Source: Octopus bimaculoides
Taxonomy: Eukaryota
NCBI RefSeq assembly: GCF_001194135.2
Contig: NC_068981.1
Coordinates: forward strand, 119,425,033 to 119,471,625
DNA length: 46,593 nt
Reading direction: 5' to 3'
A model generated the notes under the pieces. The model was not told the DNA's origin. It was given only the letters and a program-made list of their open reading frames with translations, and did no database searches. Position 1 is the stretch's first letter. Every line of letters starts with the position of its first letter. Positions 23,323 to 34,860 of this stretch are shown here, one piece after another. A program made the position numbers and the translations under genes.

Positions 23323-24280
23323 TAATTGCTATTATTAAAAATTGTTGCTGTTAGCAATCTAAATGTTAGTGTAAAGGTGATGAAAAATACAACACAAAGA
23401 TGAGGTAAAAAAATAAACAGAATTGGCATTAGCTTGGCACTCAGGAAATATCTATAATATCTCAAGTATACACTTTTCTCCTGAAAGATAGGATAGAGAT
23501 GGAGTGAAAAGAATGGTGAATGGAAATTAGAAAAATAGAAACACATGTATCCATCCACCACAGCATGGTTTTAGATGGTCAGACATAGTTTGTTTAACAG
23601 GCATCTCCATGCTTTTCTGAAATGTATAGTAGACCTGACTAAGAGCATAACTAGCTTACCTTTACTCAGGTAGAATGCTAGTCAGTTCAAAACTACTTAT
23701 TTAGTTCAAAAATGATCATATTCCTATTTGCCACTAAATAGTTTCAAATAACATTTTCCAGTATGAAAATGATTAGCCAGCTAAGCTGATACCACAATGG
23801 CCAATTGTCTATTGTCTGAGTGCTTGTATCCTGTAACTGGTGCTGTATTATGTCTCTGGTGAAAAAAATAAACTTTTCAATTGACAAAAAGGATTCAAAA
23901 GATTGGTGAGAGTCACTCCATTTAGAGCAAGTATTTATACAGTTAGATGTCCTTTGTTAAAACTAACCACATAATTACACTCAAAAAGTATGGGAAACAT
24001 ATACCATGACACAGTAATTAGAAAACTTGATGCAAAACCTCATATTCAGACATGATATGACTTCAAACAACACCAGTATTTAAAATAGATTATATTTCTA
24101 TAAAATAACCCATATACACACACATATTTACAAAATGTCTTGAAATTCAATTTTAAATGATAAGTAGTGAATGTTATCAGTTTTTTTATAATTAGTCAGT
24201 CCTATAAAATGGTAGTGCCAAATCACATTTTTATTTCCTTTGTGACATTCATTTTCATTATGTATCCAATAACCAAAATT

Positions 24281-24305
24281 TCAGGAATACTCGATTTCTT
24301 GATGT
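24281..24305 (-). CDS. POLR1H: RNA polymerase I subunit RPA12, last coding exon
   Basis: attttatttgttacag acceptor; (R)HQEIEYS*, matching the human C-terminus KFQEKEDS*; phase fits exon 3; AATAAA about 46 nt downstream (24230-24235). Confidence 0.85.
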
Positions 24306-24508
24306 CTGTAACAAATAAAATAGAAATATTATTTAAATGGAAGAAATATATAAGTCAGTTAGTTAATTGAAAGAAATGAATAAAGATACAAATAATCAAA
24401 GAAATATATAAACTGAATACATTTACTAAATTTTAATTCCAGTTAATGTACTGAAAAATTGCAAGAATCAAAATTCTGATAGTCTATTTTGTTATTTAAA
24501 TTTTACAG

Positions 24509-24595
24509 GACCTAATTCTTAGCTTTTGGACAAAAGATGCAAAGATTATGGGAGAAGGTTTTGCTCAGGAACAGACACGCATGAACTCTAAATAA
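24509..24595 (+). other. Candidate terminal exon antisense within RPA12 intron 3
   Basis: ttatttaaattttacag acceptor, then DLILSFWTKDAKIMGEGFAQEQTRMNSK*; homolog not recognised. Confidence 0.25.
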
Positions 24596-24865
24596 GTAAA
24601 TGTAGAAGAATGTTTTATTATTCAATGAATGAAAGTAAAATCATACTACAAATTCTTTTGATTTGGCACACAATTTTTTTTTGTATTTGTATTAAATAGA
24701 AAAAGGTTAGGGTTAATCCCCTGAACTCCAAAGAGAAATATTGAAAGCTAACATTTTGTTCAGTTTTCAGAGCATTAAGTGAATTTGAGAAAAAATCTTT
24801 TCCTGGATGGGTTTGTCTCTTGATAACAACTTCAAACAACTAGATGAACTGAGTCATATATTTAA

Positions 24866-25086
24866 CCCTTTTGTTAGCAAATTTTTGTTGAGATGCTCTG
24901 TGTTTCTTTCAATTAATTTTACATATAACAAAGAATTTAGTAAAATAATTTAGTTATCATTAAGCTAGTGCTAAGACATAAATCGTGACTAAAGTTCAGT
25001 GGAAGATTTTAATTCAGAACTTTTGAAAACAAGACATTTGTACAACAGAGCCAGAGACGGTTTCAGCTGGACTGGTATCAAAAGGG
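24866..25086. mobile_element. piggyBac-like MITE (221 bp)
   Basis: TTAA|CCCTTTTGTTAGCA ... TGGTATCAAAAGGG|ATAA. Confidence 0.75.
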
Positions 25087-25102
25087 ATAATTAAGTAAAC
25101 TG

Positions 25103-25135
<33 letters not shown>

Positions 25136-26111
25136 CATTGGATTTAAAACCAAGATTTATAGGGTTACAGATAGCATATCAATAGCATATCCTTTCAGTC
25201 TTAGCATGCTACTGGTAGTTTTTTTATGAATTCAGCTCAAAAGATTATTGCACATGAAAGACATCAAAATATCAGGTCCAAACAAACACTACACATGACC
25301 AACGTATTAAAAATTCATTTCTTTCACAGACATAAGGCCAGTTGTTGAACAGATCAATACAAATAATTATATTCACTTAGTAGTTTTACTACTTATTTTG
25401 CTAATGTATGTTCTTGTAATGTGTTGAGATTATTTCAAGACATCATAATGATTTCTCATATTTGTGGATGGTCAAAAATGTATAAGGGATTTAGTAGATA
25501 TAGTTAACTGAATCAATTCCAATATATGAAAGGCTCCAAGGATATAAAAGACAGTCAACCCTGATGTGATTTGAAACCTGAACATATAAGGATGATACTT
25601 ATTTAGTCTACTCTTTCTAACACTATAACACTAAACATTTAGGAGACATTTTTTTTCTAATAGTTTAGGACTTTTAAAAATATATATTGGTGTGGGTGCT
25701 GGTATCACATAAAAAGCACTGGTGATGTTGCCATGTAAAAAGCACTCAGCACACTCTGTAAATTGGTTGGTATTAGGAATGGCATTCAGCTGTAGAAACC
25801 AAACCAAAACAGACTATGGAATCTAGTGCAGTCCCTGGCCTCGCCAGTTCCCCTCAAGCCACCCAACCCATACCAGTATGGGAAATGGACATTAAATGGT
25901 GATGATGATAATGGTAGTTTTCAAATGAAAGATTTAGGGACAAACAAAACGGACTTGAGACACATGGAAACATCTTTTATTGCATATCTATCCAACTTGT
26001 ATCAACAAGGAAAAGTAGATACCAAAGTGATAATGAAATGACATTAAAAAGTTAAATACACAAGACCGAGCACTTGAGAGATAGATAGATATAACTTAAC
26101 AGACAACTTAC

Positions 26112-26221
26112 CTGCATTCTTTGCATGTATAAAATATAGTTTGACCTTCATCTGCTGACCTTGTCTGTTGAGCTTTAAATATCATTTCTTCATGGCCACA
26201 ATTTGAACACTTGCGTTCAAC
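26112..26221 (-). CDS. POLR1H: RPA12 coding exon 3 (TFIIS-like C-terminal zinc ribbon)
   Basis: [36 protein letters not shown](R); ttctag acceptor, GTAAGT donor; RSADEG acidic hairpin intact. Confidence 0.97.
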
Positions 26222-26367
26222 CTAGAACACATACAAAGATAAGTAAACTTTAATTAATAAAATTGCAAAGTCCATCTTCAAACCACAAGACATTGGAACT
26301 TTTTTTTTAAATGAATTTTATATTGCTAAATTTTAGACCCTATATACATGTGTGCACCTATCTAAAT

Positions 26368-26629
26368 CAGGAGTACCCAACCAGAAGTCCATAATAGTGC
26401 AGGGGTATACAGAATGTGTTCAAAATTTTAAAAAGATTGCAGTGTAAAATGTACAATGACTTTATTACATATAATTATTCAGTTACATACATCTTTCAAT
26501 CAAGAAAGGAAACAGGGAAATGAGTTTGTCAACAAAATTGGCTGGTTGAATAGAGAGAAACATGGAGCCCATGGGAAAATCCGTTTAAATAACAGGGGTC
26601 CTTGATAATGAAATGGTTGCAAACAACTG
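26368..26629. mobile_element. hAT-like MITE
   Basis: Ends CAGGAGTACCCAACC ... GGTTGCAAACAACTG, flanked by 8-bp ATCTAAAT / ATTTATAT (6/8 match). Confidence 0.55.
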
Positions 26630-27828
26630 ATTTATATAAGTATTATGGTTAGTTAAAGGAGGAAAGACTGTGTGAATCGCCTAAACTGGTGAAGTCAATG
26701 TAGTTTAGTTGGAACATCTGTATGATAATATCTGGAGAAAAAACATGAGCAAGGAGAGAATTTCAAAGTATAGTTCTAAAGACATGGGACAAGGTGGCAA
26801 AGCATGAACTTTTGGATGTTGAGTTTCACAAAGGTGATGACAAGTGATTGAGACTTTTAGCAATTTGCAGTGCTTGAGAAGACACATCAAGCCAAGTGAA
26901 ATTGTAGTTGTGACCAGTGCCGGTGACATGTAAAAGGCATCTACTACACTCTTGGAGTGGCTGACATTAGGAAAGGCATCTAGCCATAGAAACCATGTCA
27001 AAACAGACGAGCCTGGCTTACCAGTCTCAGTCAAACCATCTAATCCATGCCAGCATGAAAAACAGATGGTTTCCTGTAAATTCTTGATTTTATTTCCAAC
27101 AAAATTATAATTTTATTGTAGATTATTGAAGCATCATAAAGAACTGACAAAGATATTGTTTAAAATACTGAAAAACAAAAGATTAAAATATTGTGGTTTA
27201 GAAGTTTGCTTTGCAATCATGTGGTTCCAGTTTTGATCCCACTGCACAGTACCTTGGGCAAGTGTCTTCTGCCACAGCCACAATTTTATCAACACCTTAT
27301 AAGATGAATTTGGTAGAGGGAAGATGTGTGAGAGCCCACCATATATATGTAAATGTATACCTTTCATCAACATACATTAGTGTGCAAGAAAAAGATGCTT
27401 CCAAATAAAAAATACTCTGTGTGATATTTGTTCTGAGTAACACAAACAATCCCTTGTTATTCTTGCTACCAAAAATAATGAATATCCACTGGTTGGTTCA
27501 GGTTGCACTAAACAAAGCACAACCTTGCAGCCAACAACATCCCATATACATAGTCTTTGGAGCCATGATGAGAAAGAAGAGAGACTGTCAGTTGTTTATA
27601 TCCTGACACTGTGATTGGACTGTATTTGGTGGACAAAGAAGTAAGCTCTCAATGCTTAAATAAGTACCACAGGCTCTGCTGTTGTACAAAATTATCTACT
27701 GAGAAATGCTTGAATACAGTTTCTCCCATGAACATGGAAAATTGTTCCAGAGTATTCCTTCTTGGAATCACCATGTAAAGAACAGCTCTCAAATCATTCA
27801 CAATGACTAATTGCTATGATATACCTAC

Positions 27829-27920
27829 CGTGGGACCAGATAGCTCATCTTCTTTATCATTTGTGCTTGTGTCATAAGATTTGAAAATGTGAGATGAATG
27901 ATTTTCAATACCATGGAATT
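27829..27920 (-). CDS. POLR1H: RPA12 coding exon 2
   Basis: ttttctttttttctttatag acceptor; (E)FHGIENHSSHIFKSYDTSTNDKEDELSGPT; GTAGGT donor; phases 1 and 0 fit the neighbouring exons. Confidence 0.92.
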
Positions 27921-29516
27921 CTATAAAGAAAAAAAGAAAACACCAAAACAGAATAATCAGTCGAAGTCACAATGTTGTACCTACAGAATTAATTTCTCTA
28001 CAGAAAAATTCTGTAAGTTAATGGGTATTAAAATTATAAAAATTACATTATCAAAAACACCCCACAGAAGTTAGATGTGTGAAGAAATGTATTGCTGATG
28101 TTGCCCAATTCATGCCAATTATGAATTGTATATGCTTTTTTTTTTGTTTTCAATTAGCCATGGACAAGATGAGAGAACATAAGATGATGTATTGGTAGGG
28201 TTGATATACAGCTTCCTAATTCAATGAAGTAGGAATTTTTGTAGTAGTGACAGAAACGCTAACAGGTAGACAGTATATTAGTGGGTTAATAGTTATTGTA
28301 TGCTGGTAAACAAATGTTTTGCTTTACTGTTATTCCAGTTCATGACAACAATCTCTCCTTCCCTTTCTCTCTCTCACACATACACAGACATCATCATTCA
28401 ACATCTGTTTTCTATGCTAGCAGGAGTTGGATGGTTTAACAAGAGCCTACAAGTCGGAGAACTGTTCAGACTCAAATTGTCTGTTTTAGCATGGTTTCTA
28501 TGGCTTGATGCCCTTCCTAATGCCAACCACTTTACAGAGTGTGCTGGGTGCTTTTTATGTGCCTCCAGCACGGGTTCATTTATGTGGTACCAGTACAAGT
28601 GCATATAACATGGCACTGGCATGAGTGCATTTTATGTGGCACTGGCAAATGTAAGTATTCACTTCTCATACCTTAATAATAATGACTTTCTTAACTTTGC
28701 CACTAAGGCATACATTTTGGGGAGGAAGGTAATTACTTTAATTGACTCAATACCTGACTGGAGCATATTTTTTCAACCCAGTAAGAATGAAAGGCAAAGC
28801 CAACCTCAATGGAATATGAACACAAAGAAGTAATTAGATAATACAAGCTATTTTAAGTGATGCCCTATCAGGTCTCCTATCCATTGTCCTTACATTCTAA
28901 TGATAAAAAGAAGAAAAACAACTACAACAATAACAAGAGAAACAAAAGCCATAGAGCAAATTTAATTGGATCTGCATAAAAACGTCATTGAAAGCTGTAA
29001 CTCATAAAACTAGATTTGTTTGTAGTGAACTTTTCAATGATTTAACTGGAGTCTCAAATTGTTCTCCAAGTATTCATCAAATCTATTTTTGAATTTGTTG
29101 GCTGTTTTTCACTCAATAACTTCTTTTGGCACTGAATGTTACATCATTTGTATTCCGCTTTAGAAGACTTGGTGCTTTTAAGAGAGCATGTTGTTTCACT
29201 TTTTAGACCATTAATAATTATGAGAATGATTCATTGCAATGACCTATGGACTACTAAGCTTTTACATTCATTTAGTTTAACATTTTCCATTTTTTTTTCA
29301 AAGAAATGTTAATGTTTCACATTGCCACAAAGTTTCACTTTGAGAGGGATTGCAATTGACTATATTGACCTCCCCAAGGATAAAAAGCAAGATTGATCCT
29401 GGCAGCATATGTAAAACAAAGTTACCAAGCACCACACCAAATATTGCCCACTACTCTTTTACCAATGCAACCAATTTTATAAGAATATATTAAATATACA
29501 ATTGAATAAATCTCAC

Positions 29517-29637
29517 CTTTCACGTTGATTTTGTTCTGGCATCTTTTGCATTCAATAAACATTGTCTCACCTGGTAAAGGTAAAACTGAGCCACATATCT
29601 CACAAAATTCCAATTCTGTTTCAAATATTTTCGACAT
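29517..29637 (-). CDS. POLR1H: RPA12 coding exon 1 (N-terminal zinc ribbon)
   Basis: MSKIFETELEFCEICGSVLPLPGETMFIECKRCQNKINVK; matches RPA12 FCSDCGSVLPLPG..C..C; GTGAGA donor. An acceptor AG lies immediately upstream (29640-29639), so an earlier exon exists. Confidence 0.97.
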
Positions 29638-29829
29638 ACTGTATCATGTATAAATAAAAAAAGATGGAAAATATAAATGATAATATAAAACAAATGTTGA
29701 TAAACTGTCAGATAAGTTAATTACATGAACTCTAGGGATAGATGAGAAATTTCCAGCCATTTATACAAAATGATATATTACCAGATTCTGGTTTAGACAC
29801 CAACACCACTAACAATTTTTACACTAACA

Positions 29830-30680
29830 GATAATAATAGTATCCTTGTTTGTACTGGTTGTAGTCAGTCAGCCATTGTGATTATGACTGTTCATGGTTT
29901 TGACATGACTTGATAAGCTTTCTCCAAACTGGTTGGGTTTTCACTTGAGTTTACCATTTATTATGATTCAATTACTTTCCATTTCATACTCCTTTTAGCA
30001 GTTCCTTTAAATCTTAGTCTCGGTCTTTCCATGGTTTCTTTCCTCACTGCATAGTTGAAAGTAAAGGAGTTGTCTGGGGAGTCTGCTGTTGTCCATCCTG
30101 TGATCATGTCCCAACCAATGTAAATTTCCATCAGAGAAAGCAGACCAGCACACCAGAGGATCACTTCATTCCTGATCTTGTCAAACAATGATATTCATAA
30201 TTTGTTGCAGCTGTCTCATCATATATGTAACTGATCTACTTAAACTTTATAGACTGTCCAGGTTTCAGCTCCATACAGCAGGGAAGAAAGCACTATAGCC
30301 TGGTATACCTTACGTTTGGCCCACATAGAATTATACCTATTTTCCCACAGCTTCTCCTGTAGCCTGCTAAATAAGGCACCAGCTCTGTTCATTTTGTATG
30401 TGATTTCCTGGTCCAGACATGCATTATCTGAGATAGTGCTGCCTAAGTATCTGAATGCTTTGCACTAGACCAGATCTTCATGTCTAATAGTGATGTTTTG
30501 TTCTATTACAGGGGCAGGTAAGTTCTCCACAGGCTGGTAAAGGCATTCGGTATTTTTTATGTTAATCTTTAAGCTGAACTGTTGTGCAGCTCTGGCAAAG
30601 TTATCTGTTAGTTTCTGCATATATTCAGCACTATGGATATACAGTGCATTGTCATCAGTGAACAGCACTAGAATCTTCAT
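29830..30680 (-). mobile_element. RTE/BovB-like LINE 3' RT fragment in the RPA12 5' intron
   Basis: LFTDDNALYIHS...LKINIKNTE...FRYLGSTIS...VYQAIVLSSLLYGAETWTVY...IRNEVIL; multiple stops. Confidence 0.85.
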
Positions 30681-31219
30681 AGTGTGTTTCTTTGCTTTAT
30701 ACTGTTTGCACTAATAGTTAAATAAATACACAACACACACAGATACAAACACACATCCAGCTGTCCTATGACTTACATGACAGATTGGTTGTATAAGTCA
30801 CAAGCTTGTCAAAATTGTTTAAAGAGAGATATACACTTTAAATGCTATTATCAATAAAAAACCACAAACTAAATTCAAGCATTTATGTCAATGGGGATAA
30901 AAATATAATTGTCATATCTATATCTATCTATATATATATATATATATTATATTGCTTAATGTTGAACAAGTGAGAAAGAAGTGCTCAATATATGTTGTAG
31001 AGGATATATTTTTATTAAAACTAGAGCTAATAAAANNNNNNNNNNNCGATCACATGGAGGAATGGTGTTCGGTTCTATTTTGGATGAAAACACCAAATAT
31101 ATGTATATATTTTAATATTTTAATTTTCATTTCCAGAGAAATAAACTTTCTTACTCATTTGTGCTTCAACAGTTGGAAACTATTATTTAATCTCAAGAAT
31201 ATTTAACAAATAAAATAAA

Positions 31220-31420
31220 ACAAGCACTCAGAGAGTGCAAACTCCGCCAAGGCAACACCCTCTTAACGATTAGCTGGAGATGATTTTTAAAATGTGAATA
31301 TCTGAAATAAACTCAACTGCTCTCACAAACATGAATACTAAAAATGAACCTGACCGCTCTCAAAAATTAAGTAAAAAAACTGGAAAAATAATCCAGAATC
31401 CTAATCGATCCCAATGGTAG
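31220..31420 (+). mobile_element. Non-autonomous element, possibly Helitron/Helentron-associated
   Basis: Begins caagcactcagagagtgcaaactccgccaaggcaac, a terminus recalled from widespread animal non-autonomous elements; classification unverified. Confidence 0.4.
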
Positions 31421-31953
31421 TCATAGAATATGAAGGTGGGTGTGTGGGCCATGTTTGTAAATGCTGTGTGTGTCGTCTGCAGTGGGAATAGGGACAGTTT
31501 TCTCTATGAAGGTCTTTTTCAGTCTATCCACTGGTCTTTACAACCATTAAGGTCTATAGTGAAAAATTTATCTGTGCGTGAAAGAAAACACAAAGGACCT
31601 GCATGCGGTGCTGTTAACAAAGGTTTAACAGCATCGTTGCACACAAAAACATGAGTCTAAGAAGTAAAGCTTCCTTCAAGACAGGGCTAGAAATGCAATT
31701 GTCAAGTAGGTAAGAGGTTTTAAACAGGAGTGATATATTCAAAATTGGTAAAACTAAAAATTGTCGAGGATAAATTAAATTTATTATTGTTACTGAATAT
31801 ATCAGTATTATTTAATTTCTGAACGGTTCTGCTGCCGTTTGTTTATGTAGTTTGATTTCTTTATCCATAAGTTTTACGATAGAGATGCGAGTAAAATTAA
31901 TAATAGAGAAACAAAGGTAAAACTTTGGAAACAGCAACGCCAACATAACTTAC

Positions 31954-31979
31954 ATGGGAACCATGAGCGTGCTTCCAAT
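31954..31979 (-). other. POLR1H: Putative RPA12 first (5') exon, truncated by the gap
   Basis: Strong donor CCCAT|GTAAGT at 31953; CpG-retaining surroundings; the promoter is presumably in the gap at 31980-32707. Confidence 0.5.
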
Positions 31980-33974
31980 NNNNNNNNNNNNNNNNNNNNN
32001 NNNNNNNNNNNNNNNNNNNNNNNNNNNNNNNNNNNNNNNNNNNNNNNNNNNNNNNNNNNNNNNNNNNNNNNNNNNNNNNNNNNNNNNNNNNNNNNNNNNN
32101 NNNNNNNNNNNNNNNNNNNNNNNNNNNNNNNNNNNNNNNNNNNNNNNNNNNNNNNNNNNNNNNNNNNNNNNNNNNNNNNNNNNNNNNNNNNNNNNNNNNN
32201 NNNNNNNNNNNNNNNNNNNNNNNNNNNNNNNNNNNNNNNNNNNNNNNNNNNNNNNNNNNNNNNNNNNNNNNNNNNNNNNNNNNNNNNNNNNNNNNNNNNN
32301 NNNNNNNNNNNNNNNNNNNNNNNNNNNNNNNNNNNNNNNNNNNNNNNNNNNNNNNNNNNNNNNNNNNNNNNNNNNNNNNNNNNNNNNNNNNNNNNNNNNN
32401 NNNNNNNNNNNNNNNNNNNNNNNNNNNNNNNNNNNNNNNNNNNNNNNNNNNNNNNNNNNNNNNNNNNNNNNNNNNNNNNNNNNNNNNNNNNNNNNNNNNN
32501 NNNNNNNNNNNNNNNNNNNNNNNNNNNNNNNNNNNNNNNNNNNNNNNNNNNNNNNNNNNNNNNNNNNNNNNNNNNNNNNNNNNNNNNNNNNNNNNNNNNN
32601 NNNNNNNNNNNNNNNNNNNNNNNNNNNNNNNNNNNNNNNNNNNNNNNNNNNNNNNNNNNNNNNNNNNNNNNNNNNNNNNNNNNNNNNNNNNNNNNNNNNN
32701 NNNNNNNTAGCCTAAAACGTGGGATTCCGTTAAAAAAATTAATAAATAAGGGGGGGGGGGAGGTTCAGATTACATATAGTCCATCTCTACCAATGGAATT
32801 ATATTTCTTAGAGATATATATGTGAAAAAAAAAAAAAATTAAATAGTGATAAGTGGAATACTATGTAAACCAAGGGACAACTGTATATGATAGCTGTCCA
32901 CATGATTTTGAGAGCGACCAATCTCTGATCTGTTGTGTTTCATGAATCCCTCACACTCACCAATGAGCAACACTTTATTACCTATTCAACATTGCCAGCC
33001 AGTTACATCAACGGAATAAGATTTTTTGCACCCCTGCATGGTTAACCTGTACGTGTCATCAACTCCACCCATACCTCTCCATAGTCAAAGGACCTGAAAA
33101 TAATCGTATTTTCCCAACATTTACATAATTGAAACGTCAGAAATAGTCAAGGGGAAATAACTTTTCATTACTATCTAACATATTTACCTTATTCATTTTC
33201 AAGTACAACCAACGCGTACACCTAAGAATGTGCACACACACACATTTATACATATACACCTCTACATATGCAAACGTGTGTGTTTATATTCGATGAAATG
33301 TTGTCAATACTACAAGAAATCTAACTGGAACATTTATCTGAAGAATGTTTACTAGTTGGGGGATCTTAGAGTAACGATGAATTTATGACAATACATTGAT
33401 TGTACTTGTTAAAATAGATTCTTCATCCTCAAGTTCCCAACGTTTCTGTAGCTTCAATGGAAACTTAGATGTCTTGGATGTGACATTTCCATAGGCGATA
33501 TTTGATAGAAGAAGCATTAGCATAGAAGCCTTTGTCTAAGCTCTTTCTTCACATATCCTGTGACATCTTCAGCGACTCTTTATCTCACGTGTTTCCTCTT
33601 GTTTTGCTTAGTTCATTAAGAGGAGCCATGGAGTAGCTGAAGAGGTGTGATGAAAAAACTTAGACAAAAGACAATAAAATAATAATAATAATAAAACTGA
33701 AGTGTTCTATGACCCATGTGGGTACTTGTCTAATTAAAAAATACAACCCACATATTAACAACAGACCCGAACTGCACACAGTTGACTAGCTACTATAACA
33801 AAACAACCCTTCATACACAAAACAAAAGGGAGAAGTTAGCTAACAACACACTTTTCTCCAAACACTGAAATATTGAATAACCAAATAAAAGTACTAACCA
33901 TTGCACTGTTTGGGTTAAAAAAAAGACAAACATTTACATATATTAGACAATGCTTCATGATATGTACACGTACA

Positions 33975-34860
33975 CACGCAGGAGTGGGTGGGGCACAATG
34001 AGGAGTTTTTACTGCATTTTTGACTTTGGGACAAAATATATATTTTTTAAATGCTCACTATCTTACAAAAACTATATCAGCTAAGCAAATGACCTTCTCT
34101 AAATGCATTAAAAACATTATAACATGATATAATCACTATTTCAAAAAATTAAATTTAGCTGGGGCAAAATGAGTAAGTCAATATAAAGTAAATTTGCTGT
34201 TTCAATTCTCCAGAAACCTAATTCATACACATGAATATCCATCCCTAGACATAAGAAAGATCAGAAATGCAAAAAAATGTTTTGAATATCTAGGTCAGAT
34301 GAAAGAGGATCAGGGAAAAATGTAACATGATATGAAATAAATAAAACTCGACTAAATAAAAAAAAACTCAACATAAAATATTCTCAATAGCTTCTTCAAA
34401 ATCTGCTAAAGTGTCTCTATGATATATTTACACACCATGCAGTTAAAGAAACAAAATTGAAATTAGACATTACTCATTTTACCCCATTTTAGACATCATT
34501 TTTGAAACTTGAAAATTATCAAATTAGACATGTGTGGTAAAAAAACTGACTTGAAATCCAACAGAGAAAAGAATATTAATTGGTAAACACCAAAAATTAT
34601 CCACATATTTTATTAGAAACCTCAACTATAATCGGGTCTAAGTTGAGAAAAAATGTCCTGAAAAAAAAAAAGAAGTACCTATCACCTGACTATGTTTCAG
34701 ACTCTATCAACTTAAACAGCAATGACAATGCTGACCAATTTTTATCACTGAAGATGATGCATTACTTGCAATGTAATGATTTCAAAGAGGTAGGGAGGAA
34801 ATAATAAGAAATCAGAGATTACTCATTTTATTGTGGTTACTAATTTTGCCCCTCCATGCT
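33975..34860. mobile_element. Decayed DNA transposon remnant
   Basis: GGGGCA(A/C)AATGAG-like motifs at about 33990 and 34160, with reverse-complement-like copies at about 34470 and 34820-34855. Confidence 0.3.

Noticed and set aside
25106-25133. Long poly(A) run
   Set aside because: No associated retrocopy body or TSD identified.
33380-33525. Minus-strand 46-aa ORF MLMLLLSNIAYG...LQKRWELEDEE... resembling a neuropeptide precursor
   Set aside because: The hydrophobic stretch is too short for a signal peptide, there is no splice support, and it lies directly downstream of a decayed hammerhead-like repeat end.
34622-34657. Minus-strand acceptor followed by DIFSQLRPDYS* and AATAAA
   Set aside because: No upstream exons found; it lies within a decayed transposon-like region.
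34745-34795. CTGAAGATG followed by a hairpin, hammerhead-like
   Set aside because: GAAA box absent, and no stem I or stem III pairing.
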